Assembly: GCA_032718475.1 (NCBI GenBank)
Contig: JAUCBJ010007215.1
Coordinates: 1-64,000, forward strand
Direction of reading: 5' to 3'
From: Nemertoderma westbladi
Taxonomy: Eukaryota; Animalia; Xenacoelomorpha
DNA length: 64,000 bases
In this document: positions 1 to 12,303 of the stretch, one piece after another
Position numbering within the stretch: the first letter of the stretch is position 1
How the letters are laid out: every line of letters begins with the position of its first letter
The notes under the pieces: model-generated
Databases searched by the model: none
What the model was told of the DNA's origin: nothing
The model's input: the letters and a program-made list of their open reading frames with translations, nothing else
Made by a program: the position numbers and the translations under genes

Positions 1-588
1 GATTCAGCCTATCGCGCTCGGAACAGCGACAACGATTACATCCTAGAATGGTATCAAGGTCCACAGTGTCTCACTGCGTACGATTATCGCCATGCCAACT
101 ATGTTTCTCGGCAACGTTGTCGGTTATGCGCATCGAGAGACCATGTTACGCCCATGGACACAAACGTCCGCTGTTCCTATTTCCACGAACAACCGGCGAT
201 GGAAATTTATTGAGCGTATTGCAGATTTAATAATTTGCATATTTTTGCGGTTTGCCCTCAATTTATGACTCAATGTCACCACTGTCCACTAAAGGGACAC
301 GCCAGTTTCGATTGCCCTTTTAATCGCGATTTGGAAAGCGTAGATGAAATGATCACACTACGTTACATTAAAGCTTGGGAAGTGAACGCTGATTTACATC
401 GTGATTCGCGCCATCGCTATCATCCTGGACGCGCTTACGAAGGAATTTATGCGTTCCATCCTTATCTATTCGCTTCTGTCGAACAGAAATCACGCATATC
501 GAGTTACAGGAAGTATATCGACGGCCTTACGAGTACCGAGCCCGCGAACGCGAGTTGGAAAGAACCATTAAACCAAGGAAGTTTCTAA
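1..588 (+). pseudogene. Multi-CCHC zinc-knuckle ORF, 5' end outside the window, one in-frame TGA
   Basis: Frame 1 reads ...CRLCASRDH...EIY*AYCRFNNLHIFAVC..QCHHCPLKGHASFDC. The last motif is a perfect CX2CX4HX4C, and the TGA at 211-213 sits where the first Cys of another knuckle is expected. Confidence 0.55.
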
Positions 589-965
589 CTACTTATGGTC
601 CACCCACGGCCCTCGTGCAGACCACTCGTACAGGACCCGTAAGAGCGGCTGTCTTGAAACGAGCTCTCAAAGCCGTTAGACCCCTCTCCCCGGACGTTGA
701 TGTCAATCAACCCGGTACTTCGACCGGCGGATATACCGATCGCAATCCCATACCTTCTGATGCAATCATATTGCACCCTTCACCCAGGAGTTATAGCCCT
801 CCTCGTAAAGTGGCTCGCCCCAAAGAGAAAAAGACTCTTGCTAGCTTTAAAAAACTGCGTAAACGCCGTCCGCGCAAGAAAGACTAACTGTTTAGAGTAT
901 TTTTATATTTTAGAAACTGTGATTTTGTATATTTTATAGACTTAAATCCCATTTTCTGGGAGCGG

Positions 966-1095
966 TGTAAAAGCTTCTGTGGGATATAACTGGCCCCTTT
1001 TGCTTCGCAATCCAGTTTCCCCCCAGGCGCTGGAATACTCTAAAAAGGTTCTCTAACTGTATATATATTCCCCTCGCCCGCAAGGTACCGTTACA
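966..1095 (+). repeat. Putative short 3' LTR of an element extending left of the window
   Basis: TGTAA...TTACA inverted termini, purine-rich GGGAGCGG immediately upstream, internal TATATATA. The partner LTR is not in the window. Confidence 0.45.
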
Positions 1096-2788
1096 GGTGT
1101 TTTAACGGACATAAAAGTCATTCTGCTATATACGTGTTTTGGCGGACATGGTAAGGCAAAAAACCTGTAATGCACCAACTACCTTTCACAGCTTAGCCGT
1201 GATGATTCATATTACGACATCTAACAGCTGGTTGCTGACATGGAAACAGCCATTGGACGCATAGTTCTTTGTTTGGCTTGAGCCAATCAGAGCGATTTTT
1301 CCTGTCGACGTGTAGCTTTTCAGCCGATTATAAGGAGAGTGTTCAGTCTTACTGTTTTTACTTGATACTTTGTTGTTATTGCTGTCTAAGCCAGAAACAC
1401 CGGCTCTAAGAACTCTAGTAAAACTGCTTAGATTATAGAAAGTATAACTGTTACCGGCGGTGTTACCTCACTTAATTTAACTGCACTAATCATATTGTTT
1501 GTACTGCTATTTACCGTCAGTTATTAATTGTATCTATTTGTTGATGGAAATATTGCTCTTTGGAGAATACTGATAAATCACCCAAATTTCCCAATTTCTT
1601 GATACACTACAGGTTAGAGAGACAGGCTATATATAACAATTGCGATTTATATCAATGTGGTGTGTATTGAATCTAATGTTATTTAGTAGACACTACCTGA
1701 GTCAATTGCTGTTCTCTTTATGTGTGATCAAATATACTGACGGTCGGCAGAATAGTGTGCATGATTGTGAGTGTGATGTGACTGGTAACAAAGCATTTCC
1801 TAAAGAATGCGACTTATACTTTAATCATAAGCCTTATCGTTGCGTTTAGTATAAGTCCTAGCTCTGTTTAAATAGATAGAGCGCCACGTCCTAAAGGAAC
1901 TGTTAATATTTCCCGAAAGTTAATAATATCTGTCAGAAATTACATATTAGCGATCAATCGAATAATACAGTAGGCTTACACTGCAACCTTACACTGCAAT
2001 AATAAAATCTAAGCATCCGAATTCAGCCTCCCGGGTGTAGATCCATCGGGTGAATGATCGCGCATGGGCTGGCTTCGGCTAATGTTTTGTTTATTAGCAT
2101 AAAATATTGTCGTATGCTAAAGGTGTGTTAATTAACTAAAAGACATATAAATTTTGGCAGGTTAAACTGCTAAAGGTCTACAAAAGCGCGAACAATAGGC
2201 CCGATTCACACATGAGCTTACATCTTTCATCACCCATCTATCATCTTTCACTTTTATAATTATAGAAAACACTGCCATCTGTAGAGACATTCACCCAAGG
2301 TCTTTCATCCTGTCATCTATCAACTTTCATCTTTCAAAATACAGTGTGATATGTTATATTTTTTTGAAAGATGAAAGATCTGATGGATTTCCATATGTAT
2401 TGTTATATAAAGTTCGTGTAGTAGTATAGTTTGTATATTATATTGCAAAACCGAAGTAGCCATTCTGATAAATTGCCAATTTCAAAACTATTTTTTAATA
2501 TTAAACATTCTCAAACATGGTTTTCAATTATACCAATATAATATAACTTATTATCATCTTCTCTTAACTCATATAGTATAGTTTTTAGTTTACCTATAAC
2601 TCATTGCATTCGTATTTTCTGATTATTTAGATGAATCCAAAATCTACACCTAATCTTTCTTATCCATTCTATACTGGAGGGAAACAACCCAGCAGCGATA
2701 TCTTCATCCATTTCAAAAAAGTTATAAGAAAATAAACATACAATATATGAATATATTGGGATGAAAGATATTATGAAGAATATTATAA

Positions 2789-3319
2789 AGATAAGATAAG
2801 ATAAAATACTTTAAATATAGTACTGAACAGGAAATAATACAAGGACACTGTTACTCTATGTAACCTCTTCTCTACAAAATTGATGTAAGAATTGTTTTTT
2901 AAGTTTGTTCTTGTACTCTTTGTAATTTGATGTTTTGTGTGTCTCGATAGGTAATTTATTCCATAGATTGATTAATTTTACAATTAGACTTGAATGACCA
3001 AAATTTATTTTTGTTTTTGGAATTTTAATGATGGCAGTTCTTGGGTTTATGGAAATTGATTGGTGGGTAAGAAAGGTAGTTCTAATTGGATAAAAGGTTT
3101 CTATAATTTGTACATATATTGGAAGAAAAATGTTAGGCCAAAAAATTCGTGGGTTGCTGATAGGGTAGGAGTGCTTGCCATTTTTATCAGCTCTGTTCCC
3201 GTGGCATCACGAGGCCTTTTGTTGAAAATATGCATTGGAATGACAGTTGTTTTAAATATTGTGAGTTTAGTTTTTAGTGATAATTGACCCTTAATGCGGC
3301 GGAGACATGAGATACTTAA
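2789..3319 (-). mobile_element. 3' end of a CR1/L2-type LINE (continuation of 10400-12200)
   Basis: Joined across the TTAA, the minus strand reads KKMA|LSISCLRRIKGQLSLKTKLTIFKTTVIP, typical of the region after the RT domain. A (CTTAT)n tail lies at ~2789-2804. Confidence 0.8.
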
Positions 3320-3363
3320 CCCTATTAAACCCGGGGGGGGGGGGGGGTCAATATGACACCCCC

Positions 3364-3555
3364 TGTCGTGTCCAGTATTACTTAGGCCATGGCCTATGAT
3401 ATAGGATTAGGATTACCGGTATGCACATATATACTACAGTACTATATCAGTACGGCAGTACACTGCAGTACTTGTGTACACTGGTACGACTGCACAATGT
3501 ATAGAGCAATATACATCATATCTATAGATTATTATGCTTTTATATGGATATAACA
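3364..3555 (+). repeat. Gypsy 5' LTR
   Basis: TGTCGTG...ATAACA, direct repeat of 8678-8869 with 2 substitutions seen. Confidence 0.95.
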
Positions 3556-3556
3556 T

Positions 3557-3566
3557 TGGCGACGAG
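3557..3566 (+). promoter_or_regulatory. Primer-binding site, probably for tRNA-Ser(GCU)
   Basis: TGGCGACGAG lies 1 nt after the LTR and is complementary to the CUCGUCGCCA 3' end of metazoan tRNA-Ser(GCU). Confidence 0.7.
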
Positions 3567-4119
3567 TCGGTCGATCCACGTGGTGGTAACATTTCTACCT
3601 ACAGACTTAAGCTTCTTACTAGCTTACGCCATTTACAGATTTAGGCTTACCAGTACTGCGAAAGGAGAAACTGATCTGGTGACTCTGGATTTAATGATAA
3701 AAGATTCTGGCACCGGTACAGAGAAAACTCAGGCCATTTGCTTACAAGTATAGGCCTACCTATTTGGTACAACATTACAGTTGTACAACTGCCGGTATTA
3801 TTAACCCACAACTACCAGACTACCGGTATTTATTAACCTACAATCGCTTACAGCTTACAGCGCTTACAATATACAACAGTACAGTTGTAAAATTTTCATA
3901 TTAACAACCTAGGCCTAGCAGCCTAACCTAGCATGCATATTATATTATAGCAGTTCCATGATTACAGGAATTGTTCTCGACATAAAATAGGAGCCAAAGC
4001 CAATACAGTAATAGCAATACTGTAGGCCGCTTCTGACAGTTCGTAGTTAAAAAAAGATAAATACTGAGATATAAGTTATTACAAAATCACAGTAACGGTA
4101 CACGTTACAGTGTTAAGGG

Positions 4120-4641
4120 ATGGCCGAAGCCAGACATATCTCCCTACGTGCACCAGAACCATTTAAAATTTCATATGATGTCAGTTCCGTAACCCCTCGC
4201 TGGGAAAAGTGGCTCAACACTTTCGACATATATTTGTCTGCACTGGGTGTCAAAGACCCTGAACAAATGAAAAGCATTCTTCTACATATATCTGGTGAAG
4301 AGGTACAGGACCGCTTTGTTACATTGACTATTCCACAACCTGTGCCTGACACTAATGAAAATGTTTACACAGTAGCACGTACATCACTAAATAATGAATT
4401 CGGCAAAAGAGAAAATGAAGTATTTTCAACATTCAGGTTTAACTCACTAACACGAGAGCCAAATGAGTTATTCAGCTCATATATAGCACGACTTCGGAAA
4501 CAGGCCAAGTATTGTAATTTTGGCAATGCTTTAGAGCGAAATATACGTGACCGCGCTGTAGCAGGATGTCGATCCAAGAAATTATTACAACGATTTCTTC
4601 GAGTGGCAGAGGAAGACGCTGCAGCTTGTACTGTACACTAA
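4120..4641 (+). CDS. gag: Gypsy Gag N-terminal part (ends at a stop/frameshift)
   Basis: WEKWLNTFDIY...ILLHISGEEV...Q/REPNELFSSYIARLRKQAKYCNFG..IRDR, a Mag-type Gag pattern. Confidence 0.85.
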   Translation: MAEARHISLRAPEPFKISYDVSSVTPRWEKWLNTFDIYLSALGVKDPEQMKSILLHISGEEVQDRFVTLTIPQPVPDTNENVYTVARTSLNNEFGKRENEVFSTFRFNSLTREPNELFSSYIARLRKQAKYCNFGNALERNIRDRAVAGCRSKKLLQRFLRVAEEDAAACTVH

Positions 4642-4727
4642 CATGATGTATTCAAATTGCTCAAACGCTAGAACAGACATCTAAACAAGCACTAGATATT
4701 GAAGAGTTCGCACGATCTACAAAACTA

Positions 4728-7700
4728 GTGGGACAAAGTGACGACATTGATGACCTTGAAGTTAATAAAATAGCTAAATTTAAAAACCGATATTCAAGGC
4801 CAAAAGCAAACGCTGAACAGCAATGGCAGCGAAAAACGGTAAATTACAAATACCAGAACAAGCCGCCAACTGCAAATTCTGTCAGCACACCCCAATATAC
4901 ACATTGTTACCGATGTGGGAATACAGATCACAAAGTTCCTGATTGTCGAATATCAGCAAAAATCATCTGTAATGCATGTGGTGGAATAGGACACATGAAA
5001 GGAGTATGTATGAAAACTAAACGAAACTTACGACAATTAGTCGACGACAATGAAGAAACTGAAACGATTTATAGCGAAGAAAGCACATCATCTGATGAGT
5101 ATGGTGATTTATGCATCAATGCTCTATTTAAGGAACACAAAATTCATAAGATTTCTACTGCGGGTCCTTGTTACAATGTAAATATCAACAATACAAGCAT
5201 CCCTATACTGATTGATTCTGGAGCAGAATGTAATATCCTCACATATTCTGCATACAAAACACTACAACAACATGGTGAATACATGAATCTAACACCCACT
5301 AAAAGTATCATATATCCATACAATTCAAAAACTCCGCTAAAAATCGTTGGAAAAGTGCGAGCAACAGTGGAAGCCTGTGGGCAAGCAGCTAAGGTAAAGT
5401 TTATTGTTGTTAGTACACAAGACTTATCTCTATTAGGATACAAATCTGCCACAGCTTTGGATTTGCTACGGGTTGGCCCACCTAGTGTGAAAGAAAGAGG
5501 AATGAAGATAGGAGTGCGACAATTATTAGAATGCAAAACTCACAAAACATTAGACACATCACATCTGGACAATATTATATCAAAATATTCCAATGTTTTC
5601 TCAGCCACAGGTCTCATGTGTGACGAAAATGGCACCCCAATACAAGTGAAATTACACCTCAGAGAAGATGCAGACCCTGTCGCAGTACGTGCATCACGTA
5701 TTCCATTTCATCTCCGCCGCCCGTGTGAAAAAGAACTTTCCATCCAGGAGGAGGCTAATATGATTGAAACTGCCACTGGTCCTACCCCATGGGTTTCAAG
5801 AATGGTACTTCAAATTAAACCCAACCGCACAGATGATGAAAACCTTCCCGTAGTTCGGATTACGCTTGATGCCCGGGAGCTTAATAAACATCTAGTACGC
5901 GAACGGCATCCGATACCGACACTCGAAGAAATTGTTGATCAAATTGCCTTGGAAGAACCTCCTAATCCATCCAATATGACTGATGACTTGACTTTATATT
6001 ACTCACATTTAGATTGTGATCGTGGGTACCATCAAATTGGTTTACATCCTGATTCACGACCACTTACAACATTTGCCACTCACAAAGGAATGAAACGTTA
6101 TACTACTCTGGTTATGGGTGTATCAACCAGTGGAGAAATTTTCCATCGTGAGTTGGAACGTTCCATACAAGGGATTGATGGAACAAGAAATGCCAGTGAT
6201 GACATAATTGTGTGGGGTTATGGGAAGCAGCAACATTTAAACCGTCTGCAGCAAGTGTTAGCAAGATGCAAAGAACGAAACATAAAATTAAAACGATCAA
6301 AGTGTGTATTTTTGCAGACAAGCGTTGAATTCCTGGGGCATCTACTTACAAACACGGGGCTGACACCCTGTGAGAAGAAAATTGAGGCAGTAAAAAACCT
6401 AAAAATTCCAACTACCAAAACTGAACTGAAGTCCAGTCTTGGATTGCTTGGGTGGTTGTCACCTTTCATCCCAAATTATGCCATTCTTAAAGCACCTCTT
6501 CAGAGTCTACTTGCAAAGAACAAAGTGTTCGAAATGTCGGATGAAGCCCTCATAGCTTGGAAGACGCTGATTGAAGAAATATCAAATCCTAGAACATTGG
6601 CATATTTCAAACGTGATCTTCCTACAACACTCACCACTGATGCATCACCCACAGCAATTAGTGCAATTCTGAGCCAGACCCAACCATCAGGACTTGATCA
6701 GCCAGTTGCTTTTGCCCATCAGTCTCTTTCAGAAACTGAAAGTCGATATAGCCAAACAGAAAGAGAGGCACTGGGAATAACTTGGGCATTGCAGCGATAT
6801 AACATCTATCTTCGTGGAGCACCACAACCAGTTAACATACAAACAGACCATAAACCACTATTGCGAATTTTCGCACCCAATGGTAACCCAACACCTCGCA
6901 TAGAACGCATGTTACTGAAAATACAAGGGGAATATAATTATAAGTTATCTTATATCCAAGGTAAGGACAACTATGCAGACATATTATCGCGCCAAACACC
7001 AAAAGGTTCATGCCCACAGAAAGGAAAACATACAGAACAGTATGTCAGAGCAATAATCCAAAGCAATTTACCATTTAATCTAAACCTTGAAACAATAATT
7101 GAACATACTATGAAGGACACTTCTTTGATTATTCTGCATTCCGCTATTATGAATGATGCATGGGACAAAGACAAAGATGTGTTGAAGCCATATTACTCAG
7201 ATCGACATGAGTTCAGCATCACCCACGATAATATAATATTACGGGGGAAGAGAATCGTTATACCCCAGCTATTACGTGACCTCTGTATTGAGATAGCCCA
7301 TGAAGGTCATCAAGGCATGACACGTACCAAACAACTCCTACGGGAAACGGTATGGTGGCCCAATTTAAACAAGGATAGAGAAAATTATATAACAAGGTGT
7401 TTACCATGCCAAGCTACAGGCAAACCTGCAAAACCCTCACCACTGAAACCCACAGTCATTCCCAATGAAACATGGTCAAAGATAGGAATGGATTTTCTAG
7501 GCCCTGTTGATCATAAACATATATTAACTATGATTTGCTACAGATCTCGTTATCCTATTGTTATCCCTATGAATTCAGAAAATGCGAAACATGTGATAGA
7601 GGCGTGTGAAAGAACTTTCAGTATATTTGGGTTTCCAAAAGATATCATAACTGATAATGGGCCTGCTTTTCGCTCACAGGAATTCGGACGGTATTGTAAA

Positions 7701-7913
7701 CAAAGAGACATAAAAGTACATTTGATCAGCCCACGATTCCCTTCCGCCAATGGGGAAATTGAACGGCTTAACCAGCCACTGGGAAAATTCATAGAGAGTT
7801 GCCACGTTGAAGATAAGAGTTGGCAAACCAATCTCCAGACATTCCTACTCAACTATAGATCTACACCTCATCCTGCCACTGGATTCTCACTCGCATGTTC
7901 CATCGAACATTAA
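4728..7913 (+). CDS. pol: Gypsy Gag C-terminus/Pol (2 CCHC knuckles, protease, RT, RNase H, integrase); frameshifted tail continues to ~8451
   Basis: CYRCGNTDHKVPDC, CNACGGIGHMKGVC, LIDSGA, ASDDIIVWG, TDASP/TDHKPL, H-X3-H...C-X2-C, TDNGPAF, NGEIER. Confidence 0.95.
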   Translation: MGQSDDIDDLEVNKIAKFKNRYSRPKANAEQQWQRKTVNYKYQNKPPTANSVSTPQYTHCYRCGNTDHKVPDCRISAKIICNACGGIGHMKGVCMKTKRNLRQLVDDNEETETIYSEESTSSDEYGDLCINALFKEHKIHKISTAGPCYNVNINNTSIPILIDSGAECNILTYSAYKTLQQHGEYMNLTPTKSIIYPYNSKTPLKIVGKVRATVEACGQAAKVKFIVVSTQDLSLLGYKSATALDLLRVGPPSVKERGMKIGVRQLLECKTHKTLDTSHLDNIISKYSNVFSATGLMCDENGTPIQVKLHLREDADPVAVRASRIPFHLRRPCEKELSIQEEANMIETATGPTPWVSRMVLQIKPNRTDDENLPVVRITLDARELNKHLVRERHPIPTLEEIVDQIALEEPPNPSNMTDDLTLYYSHLDCDRGYHQIGLHPDSRPLTTFATHKGMKRYTTLVMGVSTSGEIFHRELERSIQGIDGTRNASDDIIVWGYGKQQHLNRLQQVLARCKERNIKLKRSKCVFLQTSVEFLGHLLTNTGLTPCEKKIEAVKNLKIPTTKTELKSSLGLLGWLSPFIPNYAILKAPLQSLLAKNKVFEMSDEALIAWKTLIEEISNPRTLAYFKRDLPTTLTTDASPTAISAILSQTQPSGLDQPVAFAHQSLSETESRYSQTEREALGITWALQRYNIYLRGAPQPVNIQTDHKPLLRIFAPNGNPTPRIERMLLKIQGEYNYKLSYIQGKDNYADILSRQTPKGSCPQKGKHTEQYVRAIIQSNLPFNLNLETIIEHTMKDTSLIILHSAIMNDAWDKDKDVLKPYYSDRHEFSITHDNIILRGKRIVIPQLLRDLCIEIAHEGHQGMTRTKQLLRETVWWPNLNKDRENYITRCLPCQATGKPAKPSPLKPTVIPNETWSKIGMDFLGPVDHKHILTMICYRSRYPIVIPMNSENAKHVIEACERTFSIFGFPKDIITDNGPAFRSQEFGRYCKQRDIKVHLISPRFPSANGEIERLNQPLGKFIESCHVEDKSWQTNLQTFLLNYRSTPHPATGFSLACSIEH

Positions 7914-8677
7914 AAACAAAACTCCCTGCATTGCTATCAAACCAAGCTTTAACACCAAATCCAGATATCAATGTAGCAGTTCAACAACGTGATCAGAAAT
8001 ATAAGAGGAGAATGAAAGAATATACAGATAATCGACGCCATGCCGAGGAAATGCTGAAGTTGGGGATATTGTCCTTATTCGCAGATTTAACCGAGTAGAA
8101 AAGGGATATTCAACTACATGGCTCCCCTCACCATATACAATAATTGGCCGGAAGGGAGAATCCATGATACTACAAGGAAAACATGGGTCTACACTGCGAC
8201 GAAATCCAACCCATATGAAACACTACCACTCCAGCAAGACCAATGAGAAAAGTGATGCGTCCTCTGAGGATTTGTACAATAAAGACATAGGGGAAGATTT
8301 AGACGATGATGTTGATTCCAGACCGATGCCCCAAACCGAACCAGACGGTAACTGCAATGATGAACATGAATTACTGCAGGGACAAGTAGAAAACTCTAGA
8401 CCATCACGACAACGAAAACCTAGAGACTTGGGACCATATATTCGTTATTAAGATTGAAACAATTTTGAAACAGTAATATAGAACATTCATAGTAACATTT
8501 ATAACATTGATTAAAGCCTGACAAACGCTTAACTAGGACAATCTATTACTAACTAATTTGTTTGGTGGTATGTGATAATGTGATATTAAGCCGTATGTGA
8601 AATTAACCAGTAAGTCATAAGTACATCAATACCTATTATTTCTCTTGTTTGTTTTAATTACTTGTTGGAGGAAGTGA

Positions 8678-8869
8678 TGTCGTGTACAGTATTACTTAGG
8701 CCATGGCCTATGATATAGGATTAGGATTACCGGTATGCACATATATACTACAGTACTATATCAGTACGGCAGTGCACTGCAGTACTTGTGTACACTGGTA
8801 CGACTGCACAATGTATAGAGCAATATACATCATATCTATAGATTATTATGCTTTTATATGGATATAACA
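8678..8869 (+). repeat. Gypsy 3' LTR
   Basis: Follows the PPT; near-identical to 3364-3555. Confidence 0.95.
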
Positions 8870-10399
8870 CCCCCCCCCCCCCGTGGTTTTATTATTATAA
8901 TGCTGAAACAAACGCAGTTGGGAATCTGAAATTTTATGACTTTTCCTAAAAATCTATTGTCTTCCTAGTAGTGAAAACCGTTTTCAAAAATATTTCGTAG
9001 TTTTTGAATTATAGCACCATTTTTAACCCTACTTTTGGCACTTTTTTTTGAGACGCTTTTTGAAAATTAGATTTCATTAAATATTAATTGTAACATCTCT
9101 ATTTTTGATTTATACCGGTTTTTTTGGTGTTAGCAATTGGATGGAATTCATATAAATTGATTTAGAAATTTCAAACTTGTTTTTTTCGGCGGGTGCCAAA
9201 TTTTGGTGCCAGCACCAAATTTTGAAATATGTCAATTTTGTAAATTGATTGTTTGAAACTTGTTTTTTACGCAATTGGGGTTTTTTGGGGTTCTGGTTTC
9301 GATGAAATATATACGAGTTGCACCAAGCGTATCAAACTTGTATTTTACGGTGCTGTGTGCAAATTTTGGTGCTAGCACGAAATTTTGAAAATCCATTCAA
9401 TAAATAAAATTGCTTGTGACAATTTATTTCTTGCATTTTAGAGGTTTATGGCTGTTCTGAATACAATGGAATATATAAGTATCGAACTAGACATCTCAAA
9501 CTTGTATTTTTCGGAAGTGGGTGCAAAAGTGGTGCTAGCACCAAATTTTTTGAAAACCATCAAATATATCAATTGATTGTGTCATCTTGTTTCTTGCGAT
9601 ATACGGGTTTGTTAGGGTTCTGAATTCAATGGAATCAGTAACAATTTCATAAAAGTTTTCAAACTTGTATTTTTCGCCGGTGGGTGAAAATTTTTTGTGC
9701 CAGTACCAAATTTTGGAAAATGAGTAAATTGATCAGTAGATAGTATCATCTTGTTTCTTGCATTATACGGGTTTATGAGGGTCCTGAATCCGATGGAATC
9801 AATAAAAACAGCACTGGACATCGCTAACTTGTACTTTTTGGTGATGGGTACGAAATTTGGTGCTAGCACCAAAATTTGCCAAATTACGCCGAAAAATACA
9901 AGTAGCAAAGATCTGGCATATTTGAAATGTATTCCATTAGAATCAGCGCCCTAGAAAACCTGAAAATGTGAATTTATAGCATCGTATAAGTGAATAAAAA
10001 ATTTTGTGTTCTAACTGAAAAGTGCTGGTTACTTGTGTTTTTCATTTTTTTTCTACGCATAGAGGACTAAACAGCCATTTATGGTAATCATATCATATTT
10101 AAATATTTTCCAATGTATTTTGCGCCCCAGAAAACCTGTATTGAAAAACAATTTGCCGAAAAATGTAACTTTCAAATTTTGTGAAAATTGTGCACTACTT
10201 GTAATTTTGGTGCTGCAATATTACCACCCCAGTACATTTTTTCGAAAATTTTTTTTTCGGTCGGATCCAGACTAGTGATACCTACGTACAAACAAAAATC
10301 TGACGTTTTCGTTAATATTTGTAGATTTTAGAGGGAGTGGTCAATATGACCCCCCCCCCCGGTATTTGTACAGCATTTTATAGCCCGGTACTAATAGGG

Positions 10400-12200
10400 T
10401 TAATGCCATTTTTTTGGTGATTTCCCTACTTTGTTCACGCCATTGTAGTTGTTTATCAATTATTATTCCAAGATATTTTACTAAGTTTGACTGCTCTATT
10501 GATTCCTTATCACTTACTTTCAGTTTTATATTTGAGGTATCTGGTTGGCTGGATTGTGTTGTTGGATTTTTTTTGCTGAATTCTGTTTTCTTAGGATTTA
10601 TCATGTTTGTGATGTTCATTATTTATGTACTTAACATTTGGCATGGAATATGAGTTTCATCTGCTGCAATAAAAATTACTGTGTCATCGGCTTATTGGAT
10701 AATTTTGGTAGACTGATGGAGGTGGTCTGGTGTCTGTTGGTATATAACGAAAATAAAAGTGGTCCGCAAATAGTTCCCTGTGGGACTCCCCTAGATTCAG
10801 TAGCCCAATCTGATAATGTTCCATCAACTTTTACATGTTGCATTATGTTTGTTAGATAACTTTTTATTAAGGTAGACGCTGTGGAGTGGAAACCTAAATT
10901 TGCCAGTTTATTTAATAATAGTTCGCATTCTACAGAATTAAATGCTTTACTCATATCTAAGAAACCGATTGCAACATGTCGCTTAACGTCTAGACTACGT
11001 CTCCAGTGTTCAGTTAAATAAGTAATGGCATCTGTTGTAGCGAAGCCTCTTCTATAACCGAATTGGTTGGGGTTTAATAGTTTGTGCTTTGTGGTGTACT
11101 GGTAAATTTGGTTAAATATAATTTTTTCGATTGATGAATATTATTTAGGATTGTGGATATGGGTCTGTAATTCGTAGGGTCTATGCAGTCATCTTTTTTA
11201 TATATGGGAGTGATTATTGATAATTTTAATCTGTTGGGAAATGTGGAAGTTGTTAAACAGGTGTTTATAATGTGTACTAAAGGGCTGCGTGTGATAGGTG
11301 TGCTTAGTTTTAGTATTCGGATTGGTATGTCAGAAGGTCCATTGGATTTATTGCTATTTAGCTTACTCATAATCTGTTCTACCATTGCTGAATTTACATT
11401 AATAAATGAGAAACTATTCTTTAGTTGAATGGGACTTTCAGTTAGAGGTGTTTTTACCCGAGTACCCTGAAATTTTCCTAAGTCTATAAAAATATTATTA
11501 AAAATGTGTGCCATTATATGTTTATCATTAGTCACTGTGTGTTTCCGTGTTTGAGTGAAGTTATTTGTCTGTTAGATGTTGTTTTTCCTAATATATCGTT
11601 TATAATTTTCCAGAGCCCCCTACTGTTTTGACTGTCGAATTTTTCACAAATCAAATTATTTTTGAGTTTTTTGTTGAGATTATTAAAAGCATTCTGTCTG
11701 TATTTGAATAGTTTGAAATCGGGGTCGGATTTTGATGAGTACCAGTTGGACAAGTGAGCGTATTTCAGTAGGCGTAATTGCACTAGTTCTGGTGTTGACC
11801 ACTTTGCATTTAAACTTGCTGCTTTTTCTGTAAATAACTTACACTTCCATGGCGCATGTTTATCTAGTAAATATTCAACAACATTTTCAAAGAATTCTAG
11901 TTGGAAGTTAACATCAGTAGTACAAAAAATTGGGTCGAAATAACATTTGGATAGATCAGACATAAATTGTTTTTCACTAAAATATTTGTAATCGCGGTAC
12001 CTTACCCACCTACCCTTATTCTTGTCCTGTGATTGATTTATATTGTTAGATTTGTGTAAAAAATGATTATGCAATACTACAGTAATATATTCGTGGTCGG
12101 AGAAAATGAATCTATAGATAGATTGTTTAGACTTTTCGTACCAAATCGATCTCGTTAAAGCAATAAATATTCGCAGCTGAATGTCCAGCCGATATTATAT
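10400..12200 (-). pseudogene. Degraded CR1/L2-type LINE ORF2 (end of APE endonuclease plus RT)
   Basis: SDHEYI, GPSDIP, PIYKK..NYRPIS, FLDMSKAFNSV, GVPQGTICGPLLFSLY, *ADDT, VKYLGIIID; several frameshifts and stops. Confidence 0.9.
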
Positions 12201-12303
12201 TATTATTGGCATTGTCATAGAACATTATGATTATTTTTTATTTTAAAAGTGGAATTAGCGCAGACTTGAGACTCCTTTTTATCTTTAACAACATGGCATT
12301 TAA

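Larger units (their letters stand above)
3364..8869 (+). mobile_element. Full-length Ty3/Gypsy LTR retrotransposon (Mag/K02A2.6-like)
   Basis: Two 192-bp LTRs (TG..CA), PBS, PPT GGAGGAAGTGA, gag-PR-RT-RH-IN order, inserted in a C-run (CCCCC target duplication). Confidence 0.95.
3320..10399. mobile_element. piggyBac-like non-autonomous DNA transposon, copy 1 (~1.57 kb, interrupted by Gypsy)
   Basis: TTAA at 3316-3319 and 10400-10403; termini CCCTATTA...TAATAGGG; G-rich-TCAATATGA-C-run motif near both ends; highly similar to the uninterrupted copy at 21527-23114; no transposase. Confidence 0.85.
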
